A stretch of DNA of 64,000 bases from an uncultured Spirochaetaceae bacterium (GTDB lineage: Bacteria; Spirochaetota; Spirochaetia; Treponematales; Treponemataceae): assembly GCA_902799965.1 (NCBI GenBank), contig CADCCO010000002.1:1285-65284 (forward strand). Reading direction: 5' to 3'. The notes beneath the pieces are model-generated. The model did no database searches and was not told the DNA's origin. It was given only the letters and a program-made list of their open reading frames with translations. The position numbers and the translations under genes are program-made. Positions 17,928 to 27,742 of the stretch are shown here, piece after piece (positions within the stretch are counted from its first letter, which is position 1; each line of letters opens with the position of its first letter).

Positions 17928-19166
17928 ATGCCCCAGACCTTCTATCAAAGCGACACAGTTTTTACCGTAACCCAGCTTACAAACCTAATCAAAGACATGG
18001 TCGAAGGCTCTTTTCCAGACATAGTCCTTGAGGGCGAAGTTTCAAACTACAGGCCCAGCTCAAGCGGCCACGTTTATTTTGTGATCAAGGACGCGGGAGC
18101 GCAAATCGCGGCGGTTATGTGGAAGGGAACGGCGGCGCGCTTGTCGTTCGCTCCCAAAGACGGAAACCTTGTCCGCGTAAAAGGAAAGCTTACCGTCTAC
18201 CCCGCGCGCGGCAACTACCAAATCGTAATCAGCTCGATGGAATTGGCCGGAAGCGGAAACATTCTTCTTATGCTTGAGGAACGGAAGAAAAAGCTTAACG
18301 CGGAAGGCCTCTTTGACGAGGCGCGAAAAAAGCCCCTCCCCGCTTTTCCTGACACAATCGGAGTGGTCACAAGCCCCACGGGCGCGGCCTTGCGCGACAT
18401 CCTTCAAATTACACGCAGGCGAAGCAAGTATGTCAACGTAATTTTGTTCCCGGCCATCGTGCAGGGAGACACTGCCGCCGCGAGCATCGCCAGGCAAATA
18501 CAAACCGCCAACGACTACAATATGTGCGACGTTTTGATTGTAGGCCGCGGCGGCGGATCCTTGGAAGACTTGCTTCCCTTTAGCGAAGAAATTGTCGTCC
18601 GCGCGGTGGCCGAGTCAAAGATTCCCGTCATCAGCGCGGTTGGCCACGAAATTGACTGGGCCATTTGCGACTTTGCAGCCGACAGGCGCGCGCCGACTCC
18701 AAGCGCGGCGGCCGAGCTTGCCGTTCCTGTCTTGGACGACGTGCTTTATTATTTTGAGCAAAAAGAGGCGGAGTTTGAAACGGAGATAAAAAACCGCGTT
18801 CAAAAATTGCGCCTTATGATTCAGGAATTTTCGCCGGAAAACCTAGAGCTTAAATTCCGTTCCATCGAACAGCCCTTGCTGCAGCGCTTTGACGACGCCA
18901 AGGACGACTTGACCAGCAATATGGAAGAAAGAATCAAGGACGCGCGTCAAAAGTTGGAAAAGCAAATTTTGGTTTTGGAAAACGCAAATCCTGCGGCGCT
19001 TTTCCAGCGCGGATATTCGATGGTTCGCGACGCGGCGACTGGAAAAATCATCCGCTCGTCCGATGAAGTCGTCAAAGGAAGCAAGATAGAAATAGTTCCC
19101 GCCAAGGGAAAAATCATAGCCACGGTGGAGGAAGCCAGCGGCGACACAAACGGTGGACAACCATAA
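17928..19166 (+). CDS. xseA: Exodeoxyribonuclease VII large subunit
   Basis: GEVSNY..SSGHVYF, VTSPTGAALRDI, RGGGSLEDL, SAVGHEID, RAPTPSAAAE. Confidence 0.96.
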   Translation: MPQTFYQSDTVFTVTQLTNLIKDMVEGSFPDIVLEGEVSNYRPSSSGHVYFVIKDAGAQIAAVMWKGTAARLSFAPKDGNLVRVKGKLTVYPARGNYQIVISSMELAGSGNILLMLEERKKKLNAEGLFDEARKKPLPAFPDTIGVVTSPTGAALRDILQITRRRSKYVNVILFPAIVQGDTAAASIARQIQTANDYNMCDVLIVGRGGGSLEDLLPFSEEIVVRAVAESKIPVISAVGHEIDWAICDFAADRRAPTPSAAAELAVPVLDDVLYYFEQKEAEFETEIKNRVQKLRLMIQEFSPENLELKFRSIEQPLLQRFDDAKDDLTSNMEERIKDARQKLEKQILVLENANPAALFQRGYSMVRDAATGKIIRSSDEVVKGSKIEIVPAKGKIIATVEEASGDTNGGQP

Positions 19167-19184
19167 TGGAAAGACGCCGCATAA

Positions 19185-19225
19185 GCCGCAACATTCGCGC
19201 TCGCAAAACTCGCGCGAACAGCGGC
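19185..19225. repeat. REP-like hairpin between xseA and xseB
   Basis: GCCGC..TTCGCGC-TCGCAAAAC-TCGCGCGAA..GCGGC; the core CTCGCAAAACTCGC recurs as CTCGCGAAACTCGC at 47778. Confidence 0.5.
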
Positions 19226-19245
19226 AATGAATGGAGGTTTTGTAA

Positions 19246-19524
19246 ATGAAAAACTTTGAAGAAAACTTGGACAGGCTTGAAGAAATCAGCCGCTCGATAA
19301 AGGACCCCAACGTAAAGCTTGAAGACGCTCTCAGCGCCTTTGAGGAAGGAATCAAGCTTGCAAAGGGAATGGAAAAAGAAATCGACAAAATCGAAGGAAA
19401 GATTCAAGTCTTGATGAACCAGCCGGTCGCGAGCGCGGGCGACAACCCGGAATTGGATTTGTTCAGCGGCGCGGACGAATCAAGCGGTTCCGCCGGAGCG
19501 CCGACATCGGGCTTGAGGCAGTAA
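19246..19524 (+). CDS. xseB: Exodeoxyribonuclease VII small subunit
   Basis: FEENLDRLEEI...LEDALSAFEEGIKL. Confidence 0.92.
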   Translation: MKNFEENLDRLEEISRSIKDPNVKLEDALSAFEEGIKLAKGMEKEIDKIEGKIQVLMNQPVASAGDNPELDLFSGADESSGSAGAPTSGLRQ

Positions 19525-19528
19525 CATT

Positions 19529-21499
19529 TTGCAAGACCAAAAAGCCGCGGCTTCTAGAAAAGCAGTTCGCATCCTCAACGCGGAAACGGCGCGAAAAATC
19601 GCGGCCGGCGAAGTCATCGACCGGCCCGCGTCAATCGTCCGCGAGCTTTTGGACAACGCCGTTGACTCAGGCGCGACGGAAATCAACGTAGAAATCGAAG
19701 GCGGCGGCATTGACAAAATCCGCGTCCAGGACAACGGCTGCGGTCTTAGCCGCGAAGACTTGGAAACTTGCGCCCATCCCCACGCCACAAGCAAAATTTC
19801 CACCGACACGGACTTGCTCAATTTAACCACGCTCGGCTTTAGGGGCGAAGCGCTCGCTTCCATCGCAGCCGTGGCGCGGCTTGCCATTTCCAGCGGCGAA
19901 TGGAAAATGCGCTGCTCCATTACCGAAGACCATATAATTGAGCCGCGCTCTCCGCTAGCGGGAACGGTCGTCTCTTCCGAAAACTTGTTTGAAAATTTTC
20001 CGGCGCGCCGCCAGTTTTTAAAAAGGCCGGCAAGCGAAACAAAAATGTGCCGCCAAACTTTCTTGGAAAAAGCGATGCCGCGCCCGGACATCGCCTTTAG
20101 ACTCACAGTTGACGGCCAGCTGCGAAACGACTTTAAGGCCGGCCAATCTTTGCGCGAGCGCTTTTACGAGGCGCTTGGAATTCAGCAAAGCCCAGACTTG
20201 TTCTACGAAATAAAAGGAAGCGGCGCGGGCTTTTCCTTTACCCTCGTAATCGGAGACCCATGCGTCGCGCGCCAAGACAGAAAGGACATTTACATTTACG
20301 TAAACGGGCGGCGCATAGCCGAATACTCGCTTTTGCAGGCGATTGAATACGGCGCTCAGGGCTACTTTCCAAACGGAACCCATCCCGCCGCCGCCCTTTT
20401 CGCGCAAGTCCAGCCCGATATGGTTGACTTTAACATTCACCCGGCAAAAAAAGAGGCGCGCTTCAAGGACATCGCTCCCCTGCACCACGGCGTAAGCTCC
20501 GCGCTGCGGGAATTTTTCCGCGCGCTTTCCGTAAAGCAAATGAAGGCGGACTTTGGCGGAACGGATGTCGCGCCGCAAAACGATTTGGCCTTTGAACAAA
20601 AATCTTATGAAAGCCAAGGCTTTGCAAGCCTAAAAAGCCCCGCCGCTTCTCCGCTAGGAACGCAATCTTTTGACCGACCCAGCCCTTATGAAAAAATCGC
20701 GTCGCTCGCCGACTTGGCGGGCGCGGACGAACCAAAATCATTTGCAAGCCCAAAAGGCGCGGCGCCTTCTTGGCCTTCCGGCAATTCTTACGGCGCGGGC
20801 CGGGCGCCGCGCATCGCCGAGCGGCCGCAAAATTTGCGCGTGGCCAGCCCGGAATTTGACCGCCAAGAGTTCGCAAGCCCAAAAGGCGCGGCCGCATTTT
20901 CGGGCAGTCAAAGCGCTTCGGGCGCGGCGCCCTCTTTGGCTTGCGAGCAATCCGCGGCGGGCTTCCGCTACATCGGCCGCGCGCTGGGAACGTTCATAAT
21001 AATAGAAAAAAACAAGGCGCTTTACTTTGTGGACCAGCACGCCGCGCACGAGCGCTATTTGTTCGACAAAATAATGGACGGCCAAACGCAAAGGCAGCCG
21101 CTCCTAGTCCCGGAAAAATTCGAGTTTGAAAGCGAAGAGGACGACCAATACATGGCTTCCATCGCGGACGAGCTGGCTCGCTTTGGCTTTGAGTGCGAGC
21201 GGACGGACGACGGACGCTGGCAGTTCAACTCGTTCAACTCCCTCTGGAAGGGCGGCGCGCTGGAACTGAAAAAACTGATTTTTGAAAAGCGAATCGAGCC
21301 AAAAGAATTGATAAGAAAAATCGCCGCGATGGCCGCCTGCCGTTCCGCCGTAAAGGACGGAGACATAATCGATGACGCGGCGGCGATTGATTTGGCAAAA
21401 AAAGCCTTTGAGCTTCCAGACCCGCATTGTCCCCACGGCCGCCCCTGCTGGACGGTCGTCACAAAGGAAAAACTGTTCGAGCTTGTAAAGCGGACCTAA
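19529..21499 (+). CDS. mutL: DNA mismatch repair endonuclease
   Basis: IAAGEVIDRP, HATSKI, GFRGEAL, DQHAAHER, ACR, CPHGRP. Confidence 0.96.
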   Translation: MQDQKAAASRKAVRILNAETARKIAAGEVIDRPASIVRELLDNAVDSGATEINVEIEGGGIDKIRVQDNGCGLSREDLETCAHPHATSKISTDTDLLNLTTLGFRGEALASIAAVARLAISSGEWKMRCSITEDHIIEPRSPLAGTVVSSENLFENFPARRQFLKRPASETKMCRQTFLEKAMPRPDIAFRLTVDGQLRNDFKAGQSLRERFYEALGIQQSPDLFYEIKGSGAGFSFTLVIGDPCVARQDRKDIYIYVNGRRIAEYSLLQAIEYGAQGYFPNGTHPAAALFAQVQPDMVDFNIHPAKKEARFKDIAPLHHGVSSALREFFRALSVKQMKADFGGTDVAPQNDLAFEQKSYESQGFASLKSPAASPLGTQSFDRPSPYEKIASLADLAGADEPKSFASPKGAAPSWPSGNSYGAGRAPRIAERPQNLRVASPEFDRQEFASPKGAAAFSGSQSASGAAPSLACEQSAAGFRYIGRALGTFIIIEKNKALYFVDQHAAHERYLFDKIMDGQTQRQPLLVPEKFEFESEEDDQYMASIADELARFGFECERTDDGRWQFNSFNSLWKGGALELKKLIFEKRIEPKELIRKIAAMAACRSAVKDGDIIDDAAAIDLAKKAFELPDPHCPHGRPCWTVVTKEKLFELVKRT

Positions 21500-21508
21500 G
21501 CCAGCGGA

Positions 21509-23833
21509 TTAGTTGGCCGTGGCGGACATGAGCGCGTCAACCTCGGACTTTTTGTAGGCGGGGCTTTTTTGCCTCAAAATGCTCAAATAGTCGCGGGCGC
21601 TCTTAGTGTCCTTTAGCGCCACAAAAACTTTCGCCACTTCAATGTACGCGTCGTAATTTTGCGGATTCAAATTCAATATTTCCAAATAAACCGTTTTTGC
21701 GTTTTCAAAATCCCCCGCCCCCGAAAAAGCTTGCGCCAAATTAAAGCGGACGGTTTGGTCCTTGGGGCTTTTCTTGAGCGCGTTTTGAAAATGCGTCGTC
21801 GCGTTGGCGTAATCCTTTTTTGCCAAGTAGGCGCTTCCCAAATTGTTTTCAAGCTCAAAGCTTTTTTCGGACTTGTACGCGTCAAGGAAAAACGAAAGCG
21901 CGGTGTCCGCGTCGCCCATGCGCATGAACATAACGCCAAGGTTTGTCTTGGTCTTTGAATTTGAGCTGTCGAGCGAAAGGACTTCCTTGTAAAGCGCGAT
22001 CGCCTTGTCCGTTTCGCCAAGAGAGTCTTCGACCAGCGCGTAATTGTAAACAACGACGGCGCGCTCCTTGGCGTTCTTTATCTCGCCCTTTTGCTCGTAA
22101 GAAAGCTTGGCGTATTTTTGCGCTTCCCCGTACTTTTCCTGCTTGAAAAGCGCCGTGGCCAAATTGTAGTAAGTTATCGGATCCTTTTGGCCGGGGCTAA
22201 GCCGCGCCACCGCCTTTCTGTGGCAGTCTTCCGCTTCCTTGTATTTTCCCATGTTTGAATAAACCACGCCGCATTCGTTCATCGCGGCGGTGTTGGTTGG
22301 GTCAAGCGAAATGACCTTTTGGTAGCATGAAAGCGCGCCGGCGGAATCTTTAAACGCGTCGTTCAAAAGCCGGGCCTCTTCCAAGCAAGCCTTGGAATTT
22401 TGCGGATTCACTTGGCGCGCCTTTCTAAAGCTGGACAAGGCCTCTTTGTTAAGCCCCAAGCGCTTTAGCGTCATTCCCAAATTAAAGTAGGCCAAGTCAA
22501 AGTTGGGGTTGAACTTGACGGCGGCCTCAAATGACTTTCGCGCCTCCGCGAATTTTTTCAGCCTGAACTGGGCGCGGCCCAGCTGGTACCAATACAAGTA
22601 GTTGTCGCCGGAAATTCTCACGGCTTCCTGCAATTCGCTTTCGGCCTTTGTCCAGTTTGGCGGAGACGCTTCGCCGTAACTCATTCCCAAAATAAAATGG
22701 CTCACTGGATCTTCGGGATTGACGCTAAGCGCCTTGTTTACGTAACTTATGGACGCGTTCTTTAGCTTTTCCCTTTTTACCGGGTCTTTTTCGGAACTTG
22801 CCGCGTCGTACAAGGCGCTGGCGATTTCGCTGTATTTGGCGGCGGAAAAGGCCGGCTCCCCTTCCGAAAGGGGCAGCTGCGAAATGGCGAAGTCAAAATT
22901 TTTAAGGGCGCTGTCAACGCCGCCAGTGTTAAGGTCTGCCTTGCCCGCGTTAATTCGTTCGTTTATCAGCTTTATCTTTGACTTGAGCGCGGCGTTCTTT
23001 TGCGCCAGCGCCTCTTCAGCGGCCTTGCGTTCGGCCTCCTCTTTTTTCTTCATTTCTTCGGCGGCTTTCTTTTCGGCGGCGGCCTCTTGCCTTTGCGCGT
23101 TTTCGCTTTGCCGCTGCCGCTCAAGCAAGTCGTTTATCATTTGCTGGCTCTTTTCGTTTTGCTCGCGAAGGGCCGCGGTTATTTCGTCAGTGTCTATGCT
23201 TATGTTGTAGGAAGAGTCGCCGGGCTGAACGACTACGCTTGTCGCGGCGGCGTTTCGCTCGTCGCTTTCCTTTTTAAGCTGAATCGCCTTGTCCAAGAGC
23301 TCGTCGGCCTCAGCGTCGTTGGGATTGGAAATCAAAAGGCCGTTAAGCAAATCCATCGCCTTGTCGTACTGGCCCTTGTCCAAGTACTTTTGCGCCAACG
23401 CCAAAGTGTTTTGCCTTACAACGCCGCCTTTTGCCCCGGAAGACGACGCGCTTTTTGCGATTCCCCTGATTCCAAAGAAAAGAAGAAGCAAAAGCAAAAC
23501 GGACGCGGCCGCGACGATCGCAATCTTTTTCTTTTTTGAGTTGTCGCCCGGCTCCATTGCAGGCGCCATCAAGGAACTGCTTTCGCCGTAAAGTTCGTCA
23601 ACGCTTTTTTTGACGGCGCTCTTGCGGACGGCGGGCTTTGCATTTGATTTTGAAGCCGCAGTTTTAGCCGCGGCGGAACGAGCCGCCGGCTTTTTAGGGC
23701 TTGCGGCGGCCTTTGTCTTTGCGGGCGCTCTTTTGCTTGCGGGCGCCTTCGCGCTTTTTGCGCTTGCCTTGCCGTTAGCGGCGGCCCTTGCTTTTGGAGC
23801 GGCCTTAGCGTTTTCCGTTTTTTTCACTGCCAT
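21509..23833 (-). CDS. Bitopic TPR protein with a Lys/Ala-rich N-terminal tail
   Basis: About 75-aa K/A/S/P-rich tail, one TM, a coiled coil and many TPRs. Confidence 0.85.
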   Translation of the reverse strand: MAVKKTENAKAAPKARAAANGKASAKSAKAPASKRAPAKTKAAASPKKPAARSAAAKTAASKSNAKPAVRKSAVKKSVDELYGESSSLMAPAMEPGDNSKKKKIAIVAAASVLLLLLLFFGIRGIAKSASSSGAKGGVVRQNTLALAQKYLDKGQYDKAMDLLNGLLISNPNDAEADELLDKAIQLKKESDERNAAATSVVVQPGDSSYNISIDTDEITAALREQNEKSQQMINDLLERQRQSENAQRQEAAAEKKAAEEMKKKEEAERKAAEEALAQKNAALKSKIKLINERINAGKADLNTGGVDSALKNFDFAISQLPLSEGEPAFSAAKYSEIASALYDAASSEKDPVKREKLKNASISYVNKALSVNPEDPVSHFILGMSYGEASPPNWTKAESELQEAVRISGDNYLYWYQLGRAQFRLKKFAEARKSFEAAVKFNPNFDLAYFNLGMTLKRLGLNKEALSSFRKARQVNPQNSKACLEEARLLNDAFKDSAGALSCYQKVISLDPTNTAAMNECGVVYSNMGKYKEAEDCHRKAVARLSPGQKDPITYYNLATALFKQEKYGEAQKYAKLSYEQKGEIKNAKERAVVVYNYALVEDSLGETDKAIALYKEVLSLDSSNSKTKTNLGVMFMRMGDADTALSFFLDAYKSEKSFELENNLGSAYLAKKDYANATTHFQNALKKSPKDQTVRFNLAQAFSGAGDFENAKTVYLEILNLNPQNYDAYIEVAKVFVALKDTKSARDYLSILRQKSPAYKKSEVDALMSATAN

Positions 23834-23844
23834 TCCGCGCCCCC

Positions 23845-24630
23845 TTAGTCAATGTCCGAATCGTAATCATATTCAAGCGCTTCTTCCGAAGACTCGCTCA
23901 TGTTCGTCGCGTCGCCCGAATCGCGCAAGGAGCCCGCGATTTCCTCAAGCATTTTGCGCCGCTTTTCTTCCTCTTCCGCCTTCTTTTGGGCGGCCAGGCG
24001 CTCGGCTTCCTGCTTTTCGCGGGCAATCCGCTCTTCCTCGGCCTTTATGCGGGCGGCCTCCTCGGCGGCCTTTCTTTGCTCCTCTTTTCTTACGGCCAAT
24101 TCCTTTTCTATCAAGGCCAGGATTTTTTCAATTTGAGGCCGCTGCTCGTCTTCGGGCCTTAAGATTAAAAAGCGCCTGTAGTCTTCCGCCGCCTCGGCCA
24201 GCTTGTCCAGCTTTATTTCAGTTCCGGCCTTGTTCAAAAGCGGCGCGGCGTAGGCTGGGTCGGCGACGCAGGCCATGGAATAAGAATCCAGCGCCTCCTG
24301 CCACTTTTGCAGCGCGAACAAAGAATTTCCCATGTTAAAGTACAGAATCCTTTTGTTCGCGCCCCGCGCGCTGGTTCCCTTTTTAAAAGCCGCGACGGAC
24401 TTTTCGTAGTTTCCCAATTGATAGTAGGCCAGGCCCAAATAATTGTATTCTTCCGGAAGGGGATTTCCGCCCTCAATGTCGGCCTCCAAAAAGGCTATCG
24501 CTTCGGCGGCCTTGTTGCTCTCAAAAAGGCGCATTCCCTCCCGCTCGCTTTGGCCAAAAAGAGGGGCCGCAAAAAGGCAAAAAGAGGCCGCTAAAATAAT
24601 GGGCGAAATTCTCTTGAGTTTTATTCTCAT
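23845..24630 (-). CDS. Secreted TPR protein
   Basis: Signal peptide, YNYLGLAYYQLGNYE TPRs, charged coiled-coil tail. Confidence 0.85.
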   Translation of the reverse strand: MRIKLKRISPIILAASFCLFAAPLFGQSEREGMRLFESNKAAEAIAFLEADIEGGNPLPEEYNYLGLAYYQLGNYEKSVAAFKKGTSARGANKRILYFNMGNSLFALQKWQEALDSYSMACVADPAYAAPLLNKAGTEIKLDKLAEAAEDYRRFLILRPEDEQRPQIEKILALIEKELAVRKEEQRKAAEEAARIKAEEERIAREKQEAERLAAQKKAEEEEKRRKMLEEIAGSLRDSGDATNMSESSEEALEYDYDSDID

Positions 24631-24693
24631 ATATGGCATAATCGCATAAATCGACAGTTTTTTCAAGCGGCATTGCCAGACAGGAGTTTTTTT

Positions 24694-26058
24694 ATGGAAG
24701 TTGCGCAGTTAGTTGGCATAATTATTTTGTGCGCGGTAGTCGCCTTGTTGATGATTTTTGTAATCAAGAACGTGGCGGCCCCCAAAAAAGTCGAGGGCGT
24801 ACAACGATACCTCAAGCAAGGAAAGACACAGGCGGCCATAAAGCTGGCCAAAACCATACTCCAGAAAGACCCCAAGGACTACTTGGCCCACTATTACTTG
24901 GGAAAGGCCTACTTGGCCGACAACAAGAACGAGCTTGCCTTGATGGAATTGAAGTACGTCGACCAAAACGGAATCTTCGACAACCGCCTGCCGGAACAGC
25001 AGTTCCGGAAAGCCATCGCCTCGCTCTACTCAAAATTCAACCAGCAGGAAGACGCGCTAAAGCAGTATCTTCTATTGACAAAGCTTGAGCCCACAGTGGC
25101 CGACAACTATTTCCAAGTGGCCCAAATTTACGAAAATTCAAACCACCCCGACATGGCCTTGGGCTTTTACGACAAGACCCTTCTTTACGACAAGCGCAAC
25201 GTCAAGGCCCACGCGGCGATGGGACTTTTGCTCTACCGCGCCAAGCAAGTCAACGAAGCCAAGCGCGAAATCGACACAGCCATAAAGCTTTCGCCCGACA
25301 CATTCTCCACCTACTACTACCAAGGAAAAATCCTCAAAGACCAAAAGGACTACCCCGGCGCGATCCGCTCGTTTGAGAAAGCCCAGCGCGACCCCCAGTT
25401 CCGCCAAAAGGCCTTGATAGAAAGCGGCTCCTGCTACATGATGGGAAACAGCATCGACAACGCGATGAACTGCTACGAGCGCGCGATCAGCGCCGACAAG
25501 GACGGAAAGGCTCCCGAAACCTTGTACGCCCGCTACTTCCTTGCCGCCTGCTACGAAAAGAACCATAAAATCGAAAAGGCCATCGAGCAATGGCAAAAAA
25601 TCGCCTCGCGCCAAAAGAACTTCCGCGACGTGGCCCAAAAACTGGCCGAATACAAGGACTTGCAGGCCAACGACTCCCTCAAGGAATACCTCACCTCAAG
25701 CGAGCAGGAATTCTTGGAAATTTGCAAGAACGCCTGCGTAAAGGGAATGGGACTTTTGCCCCAGCAGTGCGAGCAAAAAAAATGGGGCTGTCAAATCATC
25801 GCCACGGAAGGCGCCAACGCCGACTGGCGCTCGGTTCGCAAGCAGTCATACCTTCTCTACTTTTACCGCGAGGCCAACCCGCTTGAAGACGCGGTCACGC
25901 TAAAGGCCATAGACGAGCTAAAGAGCAAGGCTTGCACAAAGGCCTTTGTCCTTTCAAGCTCCGGCTTCACCCACACCGCCAAAAAGGCCGCGGAAAACCG
26001 CCCCGTCGAAATGTGCGGAAAAGAGCAATTGGAAAAAATCTTGGACAAGGCCTCATAA
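24694..26058 (+). CDS. Membrane-anchored TPR protein with a C-terminal degenerate Mrr-like restriction endonuclease fold
   Basis: N-terminal TM, TPR array, C-terminal AFVLSSSGFTHTAKKAA...VEMCGKEQL. Confidence 0.75.
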   Translation: MEVAQLVGIIILCAVVALLMIFVIKNVAAPKKVEGVQRYLKQGKTQAAIKLAKTILQKDPKDYLAHYYLGKAYLADNKNELALMELKYVDQNGIFDNRLPEQQFRKAIASLYSKFNQQEDALKQYLLLTKLEPTVADNYFQVAQIYENSNHPDMALGFYDKTLLYDKRNVKAHAAMGLLLYRAKQVNEAKREIDTAIKLSPDTFSTYYYQGKILKDQKDYPGAIRSFEKAQRDPQFRQKALIESGSCYMMGNSIDNAMNCYERAISADKDGKAPETLYARYFLAACYEKNHKIEKAIEQWQKIASRQKNFRDVAQKLAEYKDLQANDSLKEYLTSSEQEFLEICKNACVKGMGLLPQQCEQKKWGCQIIATEGANADWRSVRKQSYLLYFYREANPLEDAVTLKAIDELKSKACTKAFVLSSSGFTHTAKKAAENRPVEMCGKEQLEKILDKAS

Positions 26059-26070
26059 GCGCCAGGCGAT

Positions 26071-26772
26071 ATGAAAATCCTTTGCGTTTCCGACGAAATA
26101 GACCCCTTCATCTACACCCCCACCGTCAAGCAAAGCTTTGGCGACGTGGCGGCGGTCTTGTGCGCGGGAGACCTTCCGATGGACTACATAGACTTCATTG
26201 TGTCCACCCTCAACAAGCCAACCTACTTTGTCTTCGGCAACCACAACCTTTCGGAATACAAGTACTACTCAAGCGAATTCCGCTCGTCGGCGCTTTCCGA
26301 CCAAAACTCGATGGAAGCCCAAGCCTCGCGCGGGCACGGAGCGACATACCTTGGCTTTAAGTGCGTCGCTTCTGAAATAATGATTCAAGACCCGGACACA
26401 AAGAAAAGCCGGCCTCTTTTGATTGCCGGCGCCCCCGGCAGCATCGACTACAACCACGGCCAGTGCCAGTTCACAGAAAGCCAAATGGCGTGGAAACTCC
26501 GCGCGATGGCGCCCAGCCTTATGCTGAACAAACTCCGCTACGGAAAATATTTGGACATTTTTTTGACGCACGCCGCGCCAAGAAAAATTCACGACAAGGA
26601 CGACCCCTGCCACAAGGGCTTTGAATGTTTCCATAACTTCTTAAAACGATACGAGCCGGCCTACATGGTTCACGGACACATTCACCTTTACAACCAAAAC
26701 GAAGAGCGCTCCGGCGTTTACTACAAGACTAACGTGGTCAACGCCTACAGCCACCATGTCATAGAGATTTAA
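26071..26772 (+). CDS. Calcineurin-like metallophosphoesterase
   Basis: VSD, AGD, VFGNHN, LTHAAP, VHGHIH. Confidence 0.9.
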   Translation: MKILCVSDEIDPFIYTPTVKQSFGDVAAVLCAGDLPMDYIDFIVSTLNKPTYFVFGNHNLSEYKYYSSEFRSSALSDQNSMEAQASRGHGATYLGFKCVASEIMIQDPDTKKSRPLLIAGAPGSIDYNHGQCQFTESQMAWKLRAMAPSLMLNKLRYGKYLDIFLTHAAPRKIHDKDDPCHKGFECFHNFLKRYEPAYMVHGHIHLYNQNEERSGVYYKTNVVNAYSHHVIEI

Positions 26773-26774
26773 TT

Positions 26775-27704
26775 ATGGCCGACATTGGAATAGCCGCAAA
26801 ATCAGAGGAAGACTTCTCAAAAGTTCGTAACAAGGCGCTTGTCAACAGCCTGCAGCACTTTTTGTCGCCCGAAGAAACCAAGCTCATTTCGCTCAACGAC
26901 ATAAAGGAAATGCTCCACCCCGACAACGAAGTTTATGTCGGAATGAAAACCGTTCCCGTTGAAAAAATAATCGGAAGCGAAGGCCGCTACAACGACTTTG
27001 ACAACTTGTTCTTCCCAAAACACTCCCACCTAAAGAACCGCTGGCTCAACATAGACAAAGCCTACATGCGGGGCGTGATTCTTCCAGCCGTGACCTTGTA
27101 CGAAATCGGCGGCGTTTACTTTGTGCGCGACGGAAACCACCGCGTTTCGGTGGCCAAGGCGCGGGGCGTGGAATTCATCGACGCGGAGGTGACCAGCCTT
27201 AGGACAGAAATCCGCCTTACGCCGGGAAAGTCGATGGACACCATCATCAAGCAAATCATCGCCTACGAAAAGAGGAACTTTTACGCGATGACAAACTACG
27301 GCGACATAACCGGCGACTGGTCGCTTGACTTCACGACGCCCGGCCAGTACGACGTGATTTACAACCACATCCTGACCCACAAGTATTACATCAACTTGAA
27401 CCAGGTTGAAGAAATCTCGATGACCGACGCGATACTGTCATGGCGCAACATGGTTTACATGCCGGTCATAGACACAATCGTCAGCCACAAAATAATGAAG
27501 AAATTCAAGCGCCGAACCCTTTCGGACCTATACGTTTGGCTCATAAAATACTGGGACGAGCTAAAGAAGGGCTTGGGCGAAGACATTCCCCTTGACAACG
27601 TTTTGGAGGGCTTTGAGAAGACTTATTCCGAAACAATAGGCGCCAAAATAAAAAACAACTTGAAAAAAGTATGGTTAAAACGACTTGGATTTAAAAAAAA
27701 TTAG
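26775..27704 (+). CDS. ParB/Srx-like domain protein
   Basis: VPVEKIIGS..RYNDFD..F.P, YFVRDGNHRVSVAK. Confidence 0.7.
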   Translation: MADIGIAAKSEEDFSKVRNKALVNSLQHFLSPEETKLISLNDIKEMLHPDNEVYVGMKTVPVEKIIGSEGRYNDFDNLFFPKHSHLKNRWLNIDKAYMRGVILPAVTLYEIGGVYFVRDGNHRVSVAKARGVEFIDAEVTSLRTEIRLTPGKSMDTIIKQIIAYEKRNFYAMTNYGDITGDWSLDFTTPGQYDVIYNHILTHKYYINLNQVEEISMTDAILSWRNMVYMPVIDTIVSHKIMKKFKRRTLSDLYVWLIKYWDELKKGLGEDIPLDNVLEGFEKTYSETIGAKIKNNLKKVWLKRLGFKKN

Positions 27705-27742
27705 CCTAAAAAAAGATTTTTCTTGACGAATTTGCCATACTT

